A DNA stretch of 63,891 nucleotides, counting the filler, from Folioceros fuciformis (Eukaryota): NCBI GenBank assembly GCA_049999805.1. It is 5 parts of 4 records of this genome, joined end to end, with 100 filler letters (N's around TTAATTAATTAA, not from the genome) between each part and the next. Parts side by side here need not be neighbours in the genome. Positions count along the whole stretch, not along the records: positions 40,902 to 57,811 come from JBNGIO010005937.1; 4 more parts are not named here. One strand, 5' to 3'. Shown here piece after piece: positions 40,802 to 52,585 of the stretch (positions are counted from its first letter, which is position 1; the number at the start of each line of letters is the position of its first letter). The translations under genes and the position numbers were made by a program. The notes beneath the pieces are model-generated. The model searched no databases. It worked only from the letters and a program-made list of their open reading frames with translations, and was not told the origin of the DNA.

Positions 40802-42954
40802 NNNNNNNNNNNNNNNNNNNNNNNNNNNNNNNNNNNNNNNNNNNNTTAATTAATTAANNNNNNNNNNNNNNNNNNNNNNNNNNNNNNNNNNNNNNNNNNN
40901 NCCGGCAGCCAAACACTAGCATCCAGGTGTCTCGCCACCCAACCCGGGATTAAGATGGCAGGGATGGGATGCCAGCCCTGCCTCAATGCACGAAGCTGCC
41001 TGGAAAGAAAGGTACTGGGACACGTAGGTCAGCACCGGTGTCCATTGCCCGCTCCCTCCGCGCCACCTCGCCGATATCATTGCCGCGCGCGCACCAGCCC
41101 CGGGGGACACCCCCCTCCCCTCTTCATCCAGTTGGACCGTACTTGCTCAACATGGATCTCTTGTCCTCGTACCTCCGCGATTCCTTCTCCCCGCCATGCG
41201 GCGTCCAGCCCTAATTTTAAACACCAGCCCCGCTCCTCTCCGCTCCGCTCTGTTCTCTTTCGCCTAATTAAATGCGTTTTGCTCTTCCGCCCTTCTTACT
41301 TAGGGGCCACACTTCGCTACTACTCTTCTACTCTGCATGACTTGACCTAAACTCAGGTGTACCATTTCTCGTGTTGCCTTCGCTTCCTTTTCCCCTTCCG
41401 CCTTCCACCCCCACACAACACCACAGCAGGCAGCATGCAAAATCCAGGAACAAAGACATTCTCCACTTGTCCATGCCGACATCCCTGTACCGGTTATAGC
41501 ACAGACCCGGGGCCCGAACCACATCCCAACTGCTTATGCTTCTGCATCTGCTTCCTCATTAGGGTTTAGGTATCTCCCTCCTTAAGTCAAGTCAGGGTTC
41601 CGAACTAGGGATTGGAAGTTGTGGCACTTCCTTCTCATTACACATCCGACACATTCCGAACTGGATGTGATGTGCCAGGGGTCCAGACTTCCACTTGTGC
41701 AATTGCAAAGTGTGTAGCCGACGTGCTTCTAAGCCATCCTACACCTCCCTCTCTCCCTCCCCTCATGCTTCCCTTTGTTAAGTCCCAGCTCAACTCAACT
41801 CAACTCAACTCACCCGCTCGTCATGCCTTCTCCTTAGCTTTCGAAGGATCATTCTCCCACGCATTACGCAGCGGAGGAGAGGAGAGGAACACAAGGATAG
41901 GCGGAAAATAAGTGCCGCCGGCCGGCCGGCCCGCCGGCAAACGCAGAGAGAAGGGGTACAATCCGTCCCGTGCGCCACCTCATGAGCCGAGAGCCGAGAG
42001 CAGAGAGCCGTGCGCTGGCCCGCCGGATCGGAATCCTATTCAAGTACTTGGCACTCGTTCCTGCCTCATCTCAACCGCCTTTCGCCTTCTTCGCCCCCCA
42101 CCCCCCCAAAAAAATAAAAAACCCCAACACACACAAAAAAAAATCAAATCATATAAAACCGAATACCTCCAAGTTATTTAGATTAGATATCATCTGGAGG
42201 GCAGCGTTCCTTCCACGGCGCACACGTCATAGGCCTCCCCAACAATCTTGCCCACACCTGGCCCCCTGTGGCCCAAGTGTCCGAGTCGTGACGGCAAGGT
42301 GAACAGCGCACCACCTGGCCGTCAAGTCGGTCTACCGTGCTCCCTTATCGCCAGACGCGTTGCAAGACCGGACAGACATCGCGCCTGCACAAGCCGCCAC
42401 ATGGCCAGCTCCTGCGCAACTTCCGCTACTCTCACACTCCGTTATTGGAATGACGCATTCTAGGTGCTGCCACAAGCACAAGGCCTGACTGACACCGACA
42501 CTGGCCAACAGCAAGTTTACATGCCTACCATAGTTTACACAAAACAGTGCTACTATACGCTACTACTATTAGTTACGTCAAATAACTGAACAAGATAGCT
42601 TCCTCAGGAAGCTTTTCCCGCCATGTCGCACTTGCAACTCCAACTCTACTACTCCTCCAACACCTCGGCGTGCGACTTTGAACAATCTTCACCAGTCGAA
42701 ACTTCTACATTGTAAGGACGCGCCCACCTTCTTCAAGGAGCTCTTACTCATCTCTACATCAAAGAGAGACTCCTCTTCTCTCCATTCCCTTCCCTTCCCT
42801 GCCCCTCCTCCTCCCCTGCTGCCCACCACNNNNNNNNNNNNNNNNNNNNNNNNNNNNNNNNNNNNNNNNNNNNNNNNNNNNNNNNNNNNNNNNNNNNNNN
42901 NNNNNNNNNNNNNNNNNNNNNNNNNNNNNTCGCCCGAGGAGTACATTATTCAAT

Positions 42955-44790
42955 TTACATGGCACACACAAACTCCCCGCTACTATCCACATCCGGATCG
43001 ATGTCATCCACCAAATCCATATCATCTAAGCCGGCATCACCCAGATAATGATCTATGCCTGGTCCGGGTGTCCTGGCTTCCTCGATGATGTGCATGATCT
43101 CCTCAATCTTTTGAGGTGGGTGGTTCGGATCATCGAAGTCATAGCTCGAGTCAGCTCCGTCTCCCAGGTCTGCAGGCAGGTTCTTCAAAAACCAGGGATG
43201 TACCCTGATCTCGTTGATGGTAATCCTCTGTCGTGCCCACCGATCAAACGTGTCAAACAAGACCAGCAGCTTCCAAATCACCTCTCGTCACCCTCTTGCA
43301 GTTCAGGCTACTCACTTTCACAGGATTCGCAACAAAAATCCGAGACAAAAGATGGCGACAATCCGGTGAGATATGTACGTAGTCCGGTACAGAGTACTGA
43401 ACACTCAGTATTCGCTGCACTCAACACCATCACGTTGTGTCCCGACGTCAAGACTGTCACCACAACATGTTCCACATTTATGCGCCCCAGTAGAGGAGGA
43501 TACCACATTGACAATACTCACCCCAATAGTCTTTCGAAAATTTCGAGGGTCTTCAGGATCTTCAAACGGGTAAGCTCCTACCAACATCACATACAGAGTG
43601 ACTCCACAAGACCACACATCTGCGATCTGCCGACCAAAAGGACATCACGACTGCTCAGCTCAGTAACGGGATTGTTACGGCACTTTCGAAGTCAGCAAAA
43701 GCGTCAGGTGCCGGTTACCTTGCCATCGTACTCCTTCTTCGATAGGACCTCAGGAGCAATATAGGCCGGCGTCCCAACAGTGGACTTCGGTTGCGAGTGC
43801 AACAGGGAAGACTGGGGCACAAACACAAAAGGTAAAGAGAGACTTTAACTAGCCACATCCTATGCTTACACCACAGTACCAGACAAGCGGAAATTTCAAT
43901 AACTGGGATGATCATTGTGCAGCCGGTGAGAATAGGATGCTACAACCAGCAATGTTTGTAGATACCTTAGAATAGCCAAAATCACATATTTTAAGACGGG
44001 GAGCCGGACTGCCATCCAGAAGAGTGTTCTCCAGCTTCAGATCCCGATGGCAGATTTCCTACCACAGGCTCGAGCGCAGTACAGTGAAAGGATAATCGTC
44101 AACAACACTGGAGAATGGAACGTCAGGCCAGCTCCATTCCACCAGTGCCAAAACGGCACTGTTGGCTCATAATTTCACATCTTGGATACCCGGTGCTTAC
44201 CATAGAATGACAGTAACTAACTCCTGAGATCAGCTGCTGGAAGAAGAATCTGGCCTGCGGTAGGGAAAAGCATCCACCTCCGACATGAGTCTAAAGTAGC
44301 TGACACAAAATGACCATTCTCATGGCGATCATCAAACCAACAAAGGGGCTTCCCAAACAGGTAGTACCTCATCTTCACTGAAGCGGCCGGCATTGCAGAT
44401 GCGCTCGAAAAGCTCTCCACCGGCAGCATACTCCATGACGATTGCTAGATGAGCGGGTGTAAGCATGACCTGGAAGCAAGGGAAACCATGACTGAGTCCG
44501 ACGGATGAGCCAAACCGGCGCAAGAACAACATTGGGGTTCGCACACCCACGGGTGACAGCAAAGCCCGCACCTCCTTAAACCTCACAATGTTGGGATGAC
44601 GAAGGGAACGATGATTAATAATCTCCCTCTGCACATTCTCGTCGATCTTTTCCCCCCGTTCAATATACTTGACAGCTACCAGTTCACGGGTCTTCTTATC
44701 GCGCATTAGGCGAGCCACGCCGAAATTGCCAGACCCAATGTCCCGTACCAGCTCATAGCGGTCTCCATCCTGAAGATCGGGAAAATCCAT
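42955..44790 (-). CDS. SnRK2: SnRK2 Ser/Thr kinase, subclass III (OST1/SRK2E-like), 8 coding exons
   Basis: [84 protein letters not shown], and the acidic ABA box [23 protein letters not shown]. Confidence 0.97.
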
Positions 44791-45562
44791 GTCGACCGAG
44801 GCAGCGATGAGCGCCAGCTAGGTGGGAGACGAGACTGTCTGTGGGTCCAACTGCAATACCAAACAAAAGGCCCGCTAAGCTGCTCCGCCACCCGAGACGG
44901 AAAGGAACACGAAGCAGGGAGGGGCCGAGTGTACCCCAAACCCTCAGCTGATAGAAGGGGAACGAGAAGCACGAATTAGCTACCCACCTGTTAAAAAGTC
45001 TGCACTACGTTGCAGGATAATGAAACATAGCGACGGGCGGGCGCGTTGCCATGCCCTGTCTGCTGCTACAAGGGTGCGCGATCTACACACACGCAGCTCA
45101 AGGGGTTGTGGTGAGTAGACAGCCCAACATTCGATTGATCAGCCCCGCAGCTGAAGCACGCACGGCAATGATGCAACACAGCTCAGGTGCAGCAGAATGG
45201 GGCAGAGGAGAGGCAGGAACGGGGAGATGATGAAAGCCGAACCCACCTCCACCTGGCACAGCCTCTGAGGCAGAGCAACTCCTGACCTCGTCCCTGCTCC
45301 TGACTCTCCTTCCCCTGCCTGCTCCTCTCACTGCTCCGATTGCTCAGGCGGCTCAGCCGGGAGGCGACCCTCGCAGGGGCGCGGAATGCACGAAAAAGCT
45401 GCAGGATGAGAGCCAGTCGCGCTCCATGAATGCCTCGGCTGGACCTTCCCCTCGCTCTCCTTGCTGCCCTCGACTTGCGCTGCTGCGGCGCGTCTCTCTC
45501 TTGTCTGCTGCGCCCAGTGCCCGGCCTCCGGTCAGCCTGGCTGGTACGAACCACACCCCGTG

Positions 45563-45652
45563 GGTGTGGTAACTACCGTTCGCCCTCCAGCCCATACACA
45601 GCTTGGTGCGGTGTGGTAACCACCGTTCGCCCTCCAGCCCATACACAGCTTG
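45563..45652. repeat. Direct duplication of 43 bp (47-bp period) upstream of SnRK2
   Basis: ggtgtggtaac(t/c)accgttcgccctccagcccatacacagcttg occurs twice with one mismatch. Confidence 0.9.
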
Positions 45653-47035
45653 TATCCCCGGAATTTCCAGATTACTCAGCCTTTAGGTGGACCGGTTGTA
45701 CCGGTCGCTTGGTGCCGGGGCAGCAGTTCTGGCTCCCTTCCTACCATGATCGGGCCGCGGCGAAACCGGCGCAACCTCCCAACACAGGTGGCAGCTTCTA
45801 CACAGGGGTCAACGAAATGGACACGCAGCTATCATACAAGTGACAGCAGCCTTCACTGTAGGTAAAGTGATTCGCACTTTGCACACTGTTCATCGTGAAG
45901 AGCGGATAGGCACACACATATTTTCCTCTCCGCCATAACTTGGCTTCAGCTAGAATCCCAACCTTCTGCTGCTAGCATTTGGAAGTACAATTTGGAACAT
46001 GAGTTACCCTCTGATGCACTTGCACTGGTGATTTCCAACACACCAGGTGTCATGCTTATGCATCTGCCACGGACAGCGCTTCCTGCCGGGGGCAACTTGG
46101 CAATTCCCGGGACCACCTCTCCACCTCTTAACCACTGTGGCCCTCATCCAAACACGAGAGGAACATTTTGCCTGTCCGAGATTTTCGCTCCCCCGCCCAC
46201 AATGCATACATGTCCAGAGAAGCATCGCTCCCTCCCAATCTTTCCGTGTGCCAGTCATCCGCTGATTACAGTCCCTCCGCCTTCTCCTTCCCTTGCCTTC
46301 CACACTAAGCTAGGGAGGCCCACCACAGCATCTCCATCTCAAATACATAACATGTGATGACCTATACATACATCCACACATTACCTTTCACTTCACGCAT
46401 TTGAGGTGATCGACTCTGGACTTACAAGGCGCTCTTTATTCCGTCCTCCTTCACAGTGTCCAGAACAGCGTGGTTCATTGGAGCGATGTCTGAGGCCCCT
46501 TGTGACGAACTGCTGGCGCCGTATCACATCTTCAGCGTCCTAACCAAATGCCATTCGTTACCAACACTTGAATAATCCAACAAATTGCAATCGAAGGGTA
46601 CGGCTGGATGCGCAATCCACAAAATCACACCCACTGCGTATCCCCACTTGCCCACTTAAAGCGGGAGTATATGTACGAGATGGGCAGAGTTCTGCGGCCG
46701 CTGCCAAACTCGGGGGCGCCTCATTGGGCAGAGCCCCTTCCTGCACCAAACGCGTGGCGCTGCTCATTATTCTCGTCACCTGCCCGAGAATCCAACCTCT
46801 GGTAATGTGACACCGCGCGCTCCCGCTAATTGTGCCTGTTTCGCCAGTTCAAAAGCCACGTTCACCGCTGTACGCGGCCTCGCGGATTACATCCATACCA
46901 CGCTATTTGATTGTGGGATGTGAAACTTCACATCCACAGCGGTTTGGCTTAGTGTAAGCAAAATGTATCACCCCAAGCATACGACTACCTTCCTACACCC
47001 CGCACCTACGAAAAAACCAGACCTAAGCAACAGGA

Positions 47036-47863
47036 TCAACTGCCCAGAGCGGGAGGCCGCTCCAAGTGTAGTCCAGGTTTGGGCCGGGTGAAAGACGCTG
47101 GCACTCTGCTCTCGCTCCTGGCTTTCCGTTCCTCCTGGAACCTGGCCCATCTCGTCTCCCTCAGTTGGTGGGGCATGAGCTTCGATGTCACACGTCGAAA
47201 CTTGTCCTTCGACATCACCCTCAACCTCGCCAGTTCCGCCTCCTGTTCGCCAGTCATCTCCTTTAAGATCACCGTGAGGTGGCAATGCGGCCGCCTCATC
47301 TTCCCGCTTCGACCCTTGGCATGGTATGACATCCGTTTCAACATTTGACCCTTGCCTACGAATGCCTCAGCAACCACAAGCCGCTCCTTGTCCAGGCCGT
47401 GGTTGTGGATGGCATTGGCTCTCGCGGAGTGCACTACCTTGTACACGATTTTGGCTGCACGCTTAGGAAGAACTTGCATCTGCATGAGAGCATCCGTGCA
47501 GCGCATGCCGCGGACAAGAGCTGCAACCAGATTCACCTTTTTAGGGCTTATTCTCACCTCCGACAGCACTGCCCTGGCGAAGTTCTGAGTACTGGCGGAC
47601 TTGGCACCGTCCTCCAGCGGTCCCGGAGCTTGAGAAAGAGGAGACCTCACCGGCTCTACTGACTCCCCTCCCGCGCTACGTGGAATCTGACTGCTGGATG
47701 CCAACCCTGCTCGCATATGAAAAAATCCCGTCCACCCTCCCCTACATGGCCATGACAAAGCCCCTTCCTCAGACCTCAGCAAAGCACCACGCGCCCCTTC
47801 CGCATGGCTCAACTTCCTAAGCTGTTGCCGAACAAGGGGCAGCAGCCGACGCCAAGTTGCCAT
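47036..47863 (-). CDS. RPL22: Mitochondrial ribosomal protein uL22 (nuclear-encoded, intronless CDS)
   Basis: Arg-rich presequence MATWRRLLPLVRQQLR; L22 core ISPKKVNLVAALVRGM..DALMQ...VHSARANAIHNHGLD..RLVVAEAFVGKG...YHAKGRSG...PHCHLTVIL. Confidence 0.93.
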   Translation of the reverse strand: MATWRRLLPLVRQQLRKLSHAEGARGALLRSEEGALSWPCRGGWTGFFHMRAGLASSSQIPRSAGGESVEPVRSPLSQAPGPLEDGAKSASTQNFARAVLSEVRISPKKVNLVAALVRGMRCTDALMQMQVLPKRAAKIVYKVVHSARANAIHNHGLDKERLVVAEAFVGKGQMLKRMSYHAKGRSGKMRRPHCHLTVILKEMTGEQEAELARLRVMSKDKFRRVTSKLMPHQLRETRWARFQEERKARSESRVPASFTRPKPGLHLERPPALGS

Positions 47864-49216
47864 CTCCTGGACAACTAGCAACCTTCAATGCCGACTCCGG
47901 CCCTCCCCGCAGTCGCCTTACAGCAAGGCCATCTCCTCGTCGCAGCTCCCGGCATCCCTCGAATACAATGCAAATCTTATGCGATCGATGGCCGTGGCGC
48001 TTAATCCAGGATTCGGACTCGCTCGCCGGTGAGAAAACAGCGATGAACCCTAACCCGCTGATAAACCCTGACACCCACCCTACGGGAGGGCGACTAAAAT
48101 GATAGAACATCTTTTTTCCCTCTACACGCATGTTATACGCTGCACAGCTAACTAGTTCCATGTAATGGAGATTAGCACAGCAGTCCAGGAGGGGGCAGCT
48201 TTTGCTGGCCTCGGAAACAACAATGAAGCGGAGGCCCAGATTGCAACAGGATATCTGCCTCCAGCAAGCAAGACGCAAGACGCCCCGGCGGCCTCTTCGA
48301 TGATATGCTGCAATCATAGAGCACTCTTGTCCTTCCGTGTCAGCACGGTGGTTTCAGCCTGGACGGCATGATCGCAGCTGCCATGCAATTGGGTCCTAAT
48401 TCTACATTTTGCTTTTGCAATTTCGGCAATTCGTGTAAACCCCTGCAATTAGCGCAGCGCAACGTTTGCAAAACAGCCCCGCTTTCCTTGACTTCGCCTT
48501 AAGCTACTGCTCTGGTTCTGGTCGCGCTGCCAGATGTCCTGTTTCAGCTCCGCCGCCCTGGCACAGTCTGAGCTGAGCTTCTCTTGTGCGGCTCAGGAAA
48601 TGGTTTGAAAGCTCAGGACTTGTGCACCGGCGGCTGGAGGAGCGGGCTGTCTTCGCTGCACGCTGGTGTTTGATCCTGAGGTGCGGCCGTAGTTGGATGA
48701 GCTGCATCAAGCTGCTGCAGTCCTCCAAGCCCTCTAACTGCCAGGTAAGGTGTAGCTTGTGTGGCTAGATCCAAAGTGCCTTTCCGTTGTATGCAGCAAT
48801 TGGTTGTTAGTTTCCGGATTTCCAGCTTTGCCTCGCACATGTGTGTGCGTTTTGGAAAAGCTCGTGACTTTTGCGGTGCTGGCAGTTCGTGTCTGTCGTA
48901 CCGGAGATTTGCATTTCTGATGGACGTTACCGTCCTTGTCCGATATCGATCGGATTTTTTTATGTGAGATTTTGGTAGCGTGTTTTAGTGTGGGTGGAGA
49001 GGAGTGGGAGATGAAGCAGCAGCGTGCACCTTGAGTCGAGTCGGATTGACTTGATGGAAAAGTCGATTAGGTCGCGCAAAGCAGCAGATAGGTTTAGGCA
49101 TTGCCTAATACTCTGGTTAGGGTGGCGATTAGTATGCTTCTGCACGTTTTAACTCCTGGAAGATTGTGTGTGACGTGAATCAGGTGTCGTTGAGGTTGGA
49201 ATGATCTGGTTTGCCA

Positions 49217-50971
49217 ATGGTGAACTTCAAGGAGCTCAGAGTATTGTCGATGAGAGGGTCAGAGAAGGTGCTGATAGGAGCTGTTCGATGCCCTCTGGAT
49301 GCCACATTTGGGGTGGTGCGCAAGGAGATTGAGATGGACGAGCTCGTTTCTTACCCCTTTGACTTTGTTATTCTGGACAGTATTTTGAGAGGGAAACAGG
49401 AGGCAAGATGGCAGGTGCATGAGAATGAGGTGCACATAAAGCAAAGGTATGACATCCAGCCTGTGAGCAAAAGGCAATGCTTGGAGGATCCTCACAAGGA
49501 TGGAGTCTTGGATATGGAACACTCTCCTCAGACTGGGTTGGGAGAGGTTGCAGACTGTGAGAGCAACAACGAAAAACGCTTAGAGGCTTGCAAGAAAGAA
49601 CATGCCAGCTTAACTGAAAATCAGCTCAAGAGCAAACTTGTTCCATCAGACATTCTTCTCCGTTGGGAATGTGAGGCCGAGAGAGTGAGGGCTAGGTTGA
49701 CAAGCCGGGGGAGGGAGGACAAGTTTGACATCTACACAAGGGATGAAGGAGGTGAGGTGATCATCAAGGTTTGGTGCCTGGAATGTGGAAGGACTTACGG
49801 CTCTGGAAAGGATCCAGTCTCCAGTGCTTATCGGACCCTGTCAAACTTCCACCAGTCTCACATACGCAGCGCTACACACAGGGATAACTATGCTGCGAAT
49901 CATGGCGTGGACCCAGATGCGCTACCCAGAGCAGAGAAAACTCACAAGGAGGAAATTGAAGCAGCTATGCTTGAGGTGTCCAACTTCAACAGCTCTCACC
50001 CAGGAGCATCTTTTGAGATTGTGCAGCTGACCTTAGGTAACTTCAGCAACAAACATCATGTTTTCATGAGGTGCACACTTGATGACAAGTGGCTTAATCT
50101 TGTGCCCAAATGTGGCATGCCCACTGAGACAATTATGCTGCGCCATGTTCAGTCGACAGTACATGAAGTTGCCTTGTCTCAAAAATTGCAGAGTAGTAGA
50201 GCATTGGAGGAGCGAAAGGGCTTCGCTGGTGTAGGTGCTGCAACCCGGTTACCGGGACCTGGTGCTGGTCTGCATCAGCATCAATCAGAGGTGCAGCAGT
50301 GCAGGGAATCTGCAAAAGTCGAGTTCGACCAGTCAAGTGAATCAGGTAGTGATTGCGAGTTTGATGATGGTACCAGCAGCGGGGATGATGATGATGGTAG
50401 TGAGGAGGATGACAGCGAGGATCTCAGTGGTGGGCTCCTACTTTCATGCTCAGGCTCGGAGGTGGAGNNNNNNNNNNNNNNNNNNNNNNNNNNNNNNNNN
50501 NNNNNNNNNNNNNNNNNNNNNNNNNNNNNNNNNNNNNNNNNNNNNNNNNNNNNNNNNNNNNNNNNNNCGTCCGGCGAGTCAGAAGAAAGGTCATTTGCAT
50601 CTGGATCGCAGTCAGGGGAAGGGCAAGCAAGTGGGATCCACTCGTCTTCAGATCTTCTGGCTAACCTGTGCTGGGGATTGTGGCAACCGGAGGTGGAGAT
50701 CAATAACAGTCTGATGGCCGTCAAGAATCTGTTGGCAGATGAGAAGGGTGGTGCAGACTGGTGGGCTGAGCCACACGCCAACGCTTCAGTGTGTTGTAGA
50801 GGTAAAGTGTACACGATCAAGGGCTGCTTCAGGCACCGGAAGTGCGAGAGGCTGTCCCACGCAGATCCGTTTCCCAACCTGTGTTGCCCTCTGTGCAGAC
50901 AAATCCCCATGTGCACGGATTTCAGGGACAAGGCTGTGAGACTCGGGGGGCCACCGCATGTTGGTGTTTGA
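49217..50971 (+). CDS. Uncharacterised intronless protein with a putative ubiquitin-like N-terminus, C2H2/U1-type zinc fingers, an acidic tract and a Cys-rich C-terminus (spans an N gap)
   Basis: About 415 open codons before the gap and ~130 after; motifs WCLECG...SNFHQSHIRSATH, RCTLDD...LRHVQSTVH and CWGLW...GCFRHRKC...CCPLCRQIP. Frame across the gap is unverified. Confidence 0.65.
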   Translation: MVNFKELRVLSMRGSEKVLIGAVRCPLDATFGVVRKEIEMDELVSYPFDFVILDSILRGKQEARWQVHENEVHIKQRYDIQPVSKRQCLEDPHKDGVLDMEHSPQTGLGEVADCESNNEKRLEACKKEHASLTENQLKSKLVPSDILLRWECEAERVRARLTSRGREDKFDIYTRDEGGEVIIKVWCLECGRTYGSGKDPVSSAYRTLSNFHQSHIRSATHRDNYAANHGVDPDALPRAEKTHKEEIEAAMLEVSNFNSSHPGASFEIVQLTLGNFSNKHHVFMRCTLDDKWLNLVPKCGMPTETIMLRHVQSTVHEVALSQKLQSSRALEERKGFAGVGAATRLPGPGAGLHQHQSEVQQCRESAKVEFDQSSESGSDCEFDDGTSSGDDDDGSEEDDSEDLSGGLLLSCSGSEVEXXXXXXXXXXXXXXXXXXXXXXXXXXXXXXXXXXSGESEERSFASGSQSGEGQASGIHSSSDLLANLCWGLWQPEVEINNSLMAVKNLLADEKGGADWWAEPHANASVCCRGKVYTIKGCFRHRKCERLSHADPFPNLCCPLCRQIPMCTDFRDKAVRLGGPPHVGV

Positions 50972-52312
50972 CCCCAGTCCAGGTGTCGCGCATCGGCAAG
51001 CGTCGTGCACCCTTGGAAACTGGATGGATACAGGGAATTCCCGTTCTACGTTTTTGTCAAAATCGAAGGTTGAAGACAGTGGAACGAGCTTGTATGAAAC
51101 GTTTGTTTACAGGCTCACGGCTTTGTACTGTGGAAAGGGGAGACAACAAGGCAGTCTCACCGAGTTTTGTTAAGTCAACATCGTCGGGGTAGCAGACCAG
51201 ACCACGGAACCAGGCTGGTCCAGGATAGTCGTACTCAGGCTTTTCTTAGAAAATTGTTCCACACTTTTGCTAGAAAATCACTCACACACGCGGGGTGTAG
51301 CATTCTCTCTTTTGTTTGAAGTAAGATCTTGTTGTAAGCTGCTCTACCCCTACGTCACAAGGTAGGGGTAGAGCACAAGCTAGACTATGCGTGGAGTGGT
51401 TATCTAAAAAAAGCACACACTCCGATTATCGCGGGGACCACCCTGGTTCCATGGTCCGTCACCGGGGGGGTCGGGTTCTGGAATCTGGAATCTGGGCCCC
51501 CATGCCAGCCACCTGCAGAGAACCAGCTTCCGCTTGGCCTTCCTGGCCAGGGTAGTCGTGAGCGCGGTGTCATGTGTGTGAAATTCAGGGGAAGCGCTGC
51601 TCCCGCTCTCTTTCGTGCGCTCTAGCGTCCCACGTTCCGGGCTGGAGCTTTATATTCGGTAACCAGTTTCAGGCCTTCCTATTCTCCCATGTGCCCGGCC
51701 AGCCGTTGCTCTTCTTCGCCTGTTGTTGCTTCCTCGCCCGTCGCCGCTTCTCCGGCTTCCTTGACCTTCTTGATTCGGTCTGGCGGGAGCTTTCACGGCG
51801 TCCGCGGATCCTCCCTCTAAGGTGAGCAGCGCGCGTGCAGCGGATTTCAGTTTGCTTCTCCACTTTCTCAAATTTCAGTGGCGCCTTCCGCCATCTCTCT
51901 TGAAGAGAGAGATCGTTATGGCACGCCATTAATTCTCTTGCAATTTCCCGCGCTGTGAGCATCTGTGTCACCCCTGTGTGGCATGTTGGATTCGGCCACG
52001 CTGCATGCTGAGGACGTGTAGTCGGAATCCTCCTGTCTTGTGCCGCTTCTCATGTAACAGGTGTGTTGCTTGTTGTGTAGGTTTGAGGCCGAAGCATCGC
52101 GCGCGCTCGCTCCGTTACGAAATATTGGCACCTCTTCGGGCACCGACGTTTTTGCTTGTTAAGAAAGTTAACCCGTGAGTAGCTCAAGTGCGGGCTCCTT
52201 CTGCCTCAGCCTCAAGGGCCTCGGTTGGATACCAGGCTCAAGGTTGTTTGCTGCTGCTGCTCCTTCACTCGCGGTACTAACTGCTAGCCGTGGCTGTGTT
52301 CCGGGACAGGAA

Positions 52313-52585
52313 ATGGCAGGTCCCGGAAGATCTGACTCCTTTGGCCTGGACTGGGCGGACCAATGGGACTACAAGGGGCAAGATGAACGCGGGGACCGGA
52401 ATGAAACTGTTACCAACCCGAGCAAATTGTCATCATACAACCAGAAGGTGAAGGCTGCAGCAAGCTCGGGCCTCACCAAGGCGAAGTCTGCAGCTTCAAC
52501 AGGTGCACAGAAGATGAAGTCTGGAACGAAGTCCGGAGTAAACTGGATCAAGGAGCAGGTTGCGAAGAGAAAAACGAAGAGCTGA
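52313..52585 (+). CDS. Small conserved plant protein of unknown function (WADQWD ... KAAASxG ... GxxWIK family), 90 aa
   Basis: Motifs DWADQWD and KVKAAASSGLTKAKSAASTGAQKMKSGTKSGVNWIKEQ, as recalled for an uncharacterised land-plant family; a splice acceptor lies just upstream of the ATG. Confidence 0.8.
   Translation: MAGPGRSDSFGLDWADQWDYKGQDERGDRNETVTNPSKLSSYNQKVKAAASSGLTKAKSAASTGAQKMKSGTKSGVNWIKEQVAKRKTKS

Noticed and set aside
43048-43764. 238-aa plus-strand ORF
   Set aside because: Antisense to SnRK2 exons and introns; no independent coding evidence.
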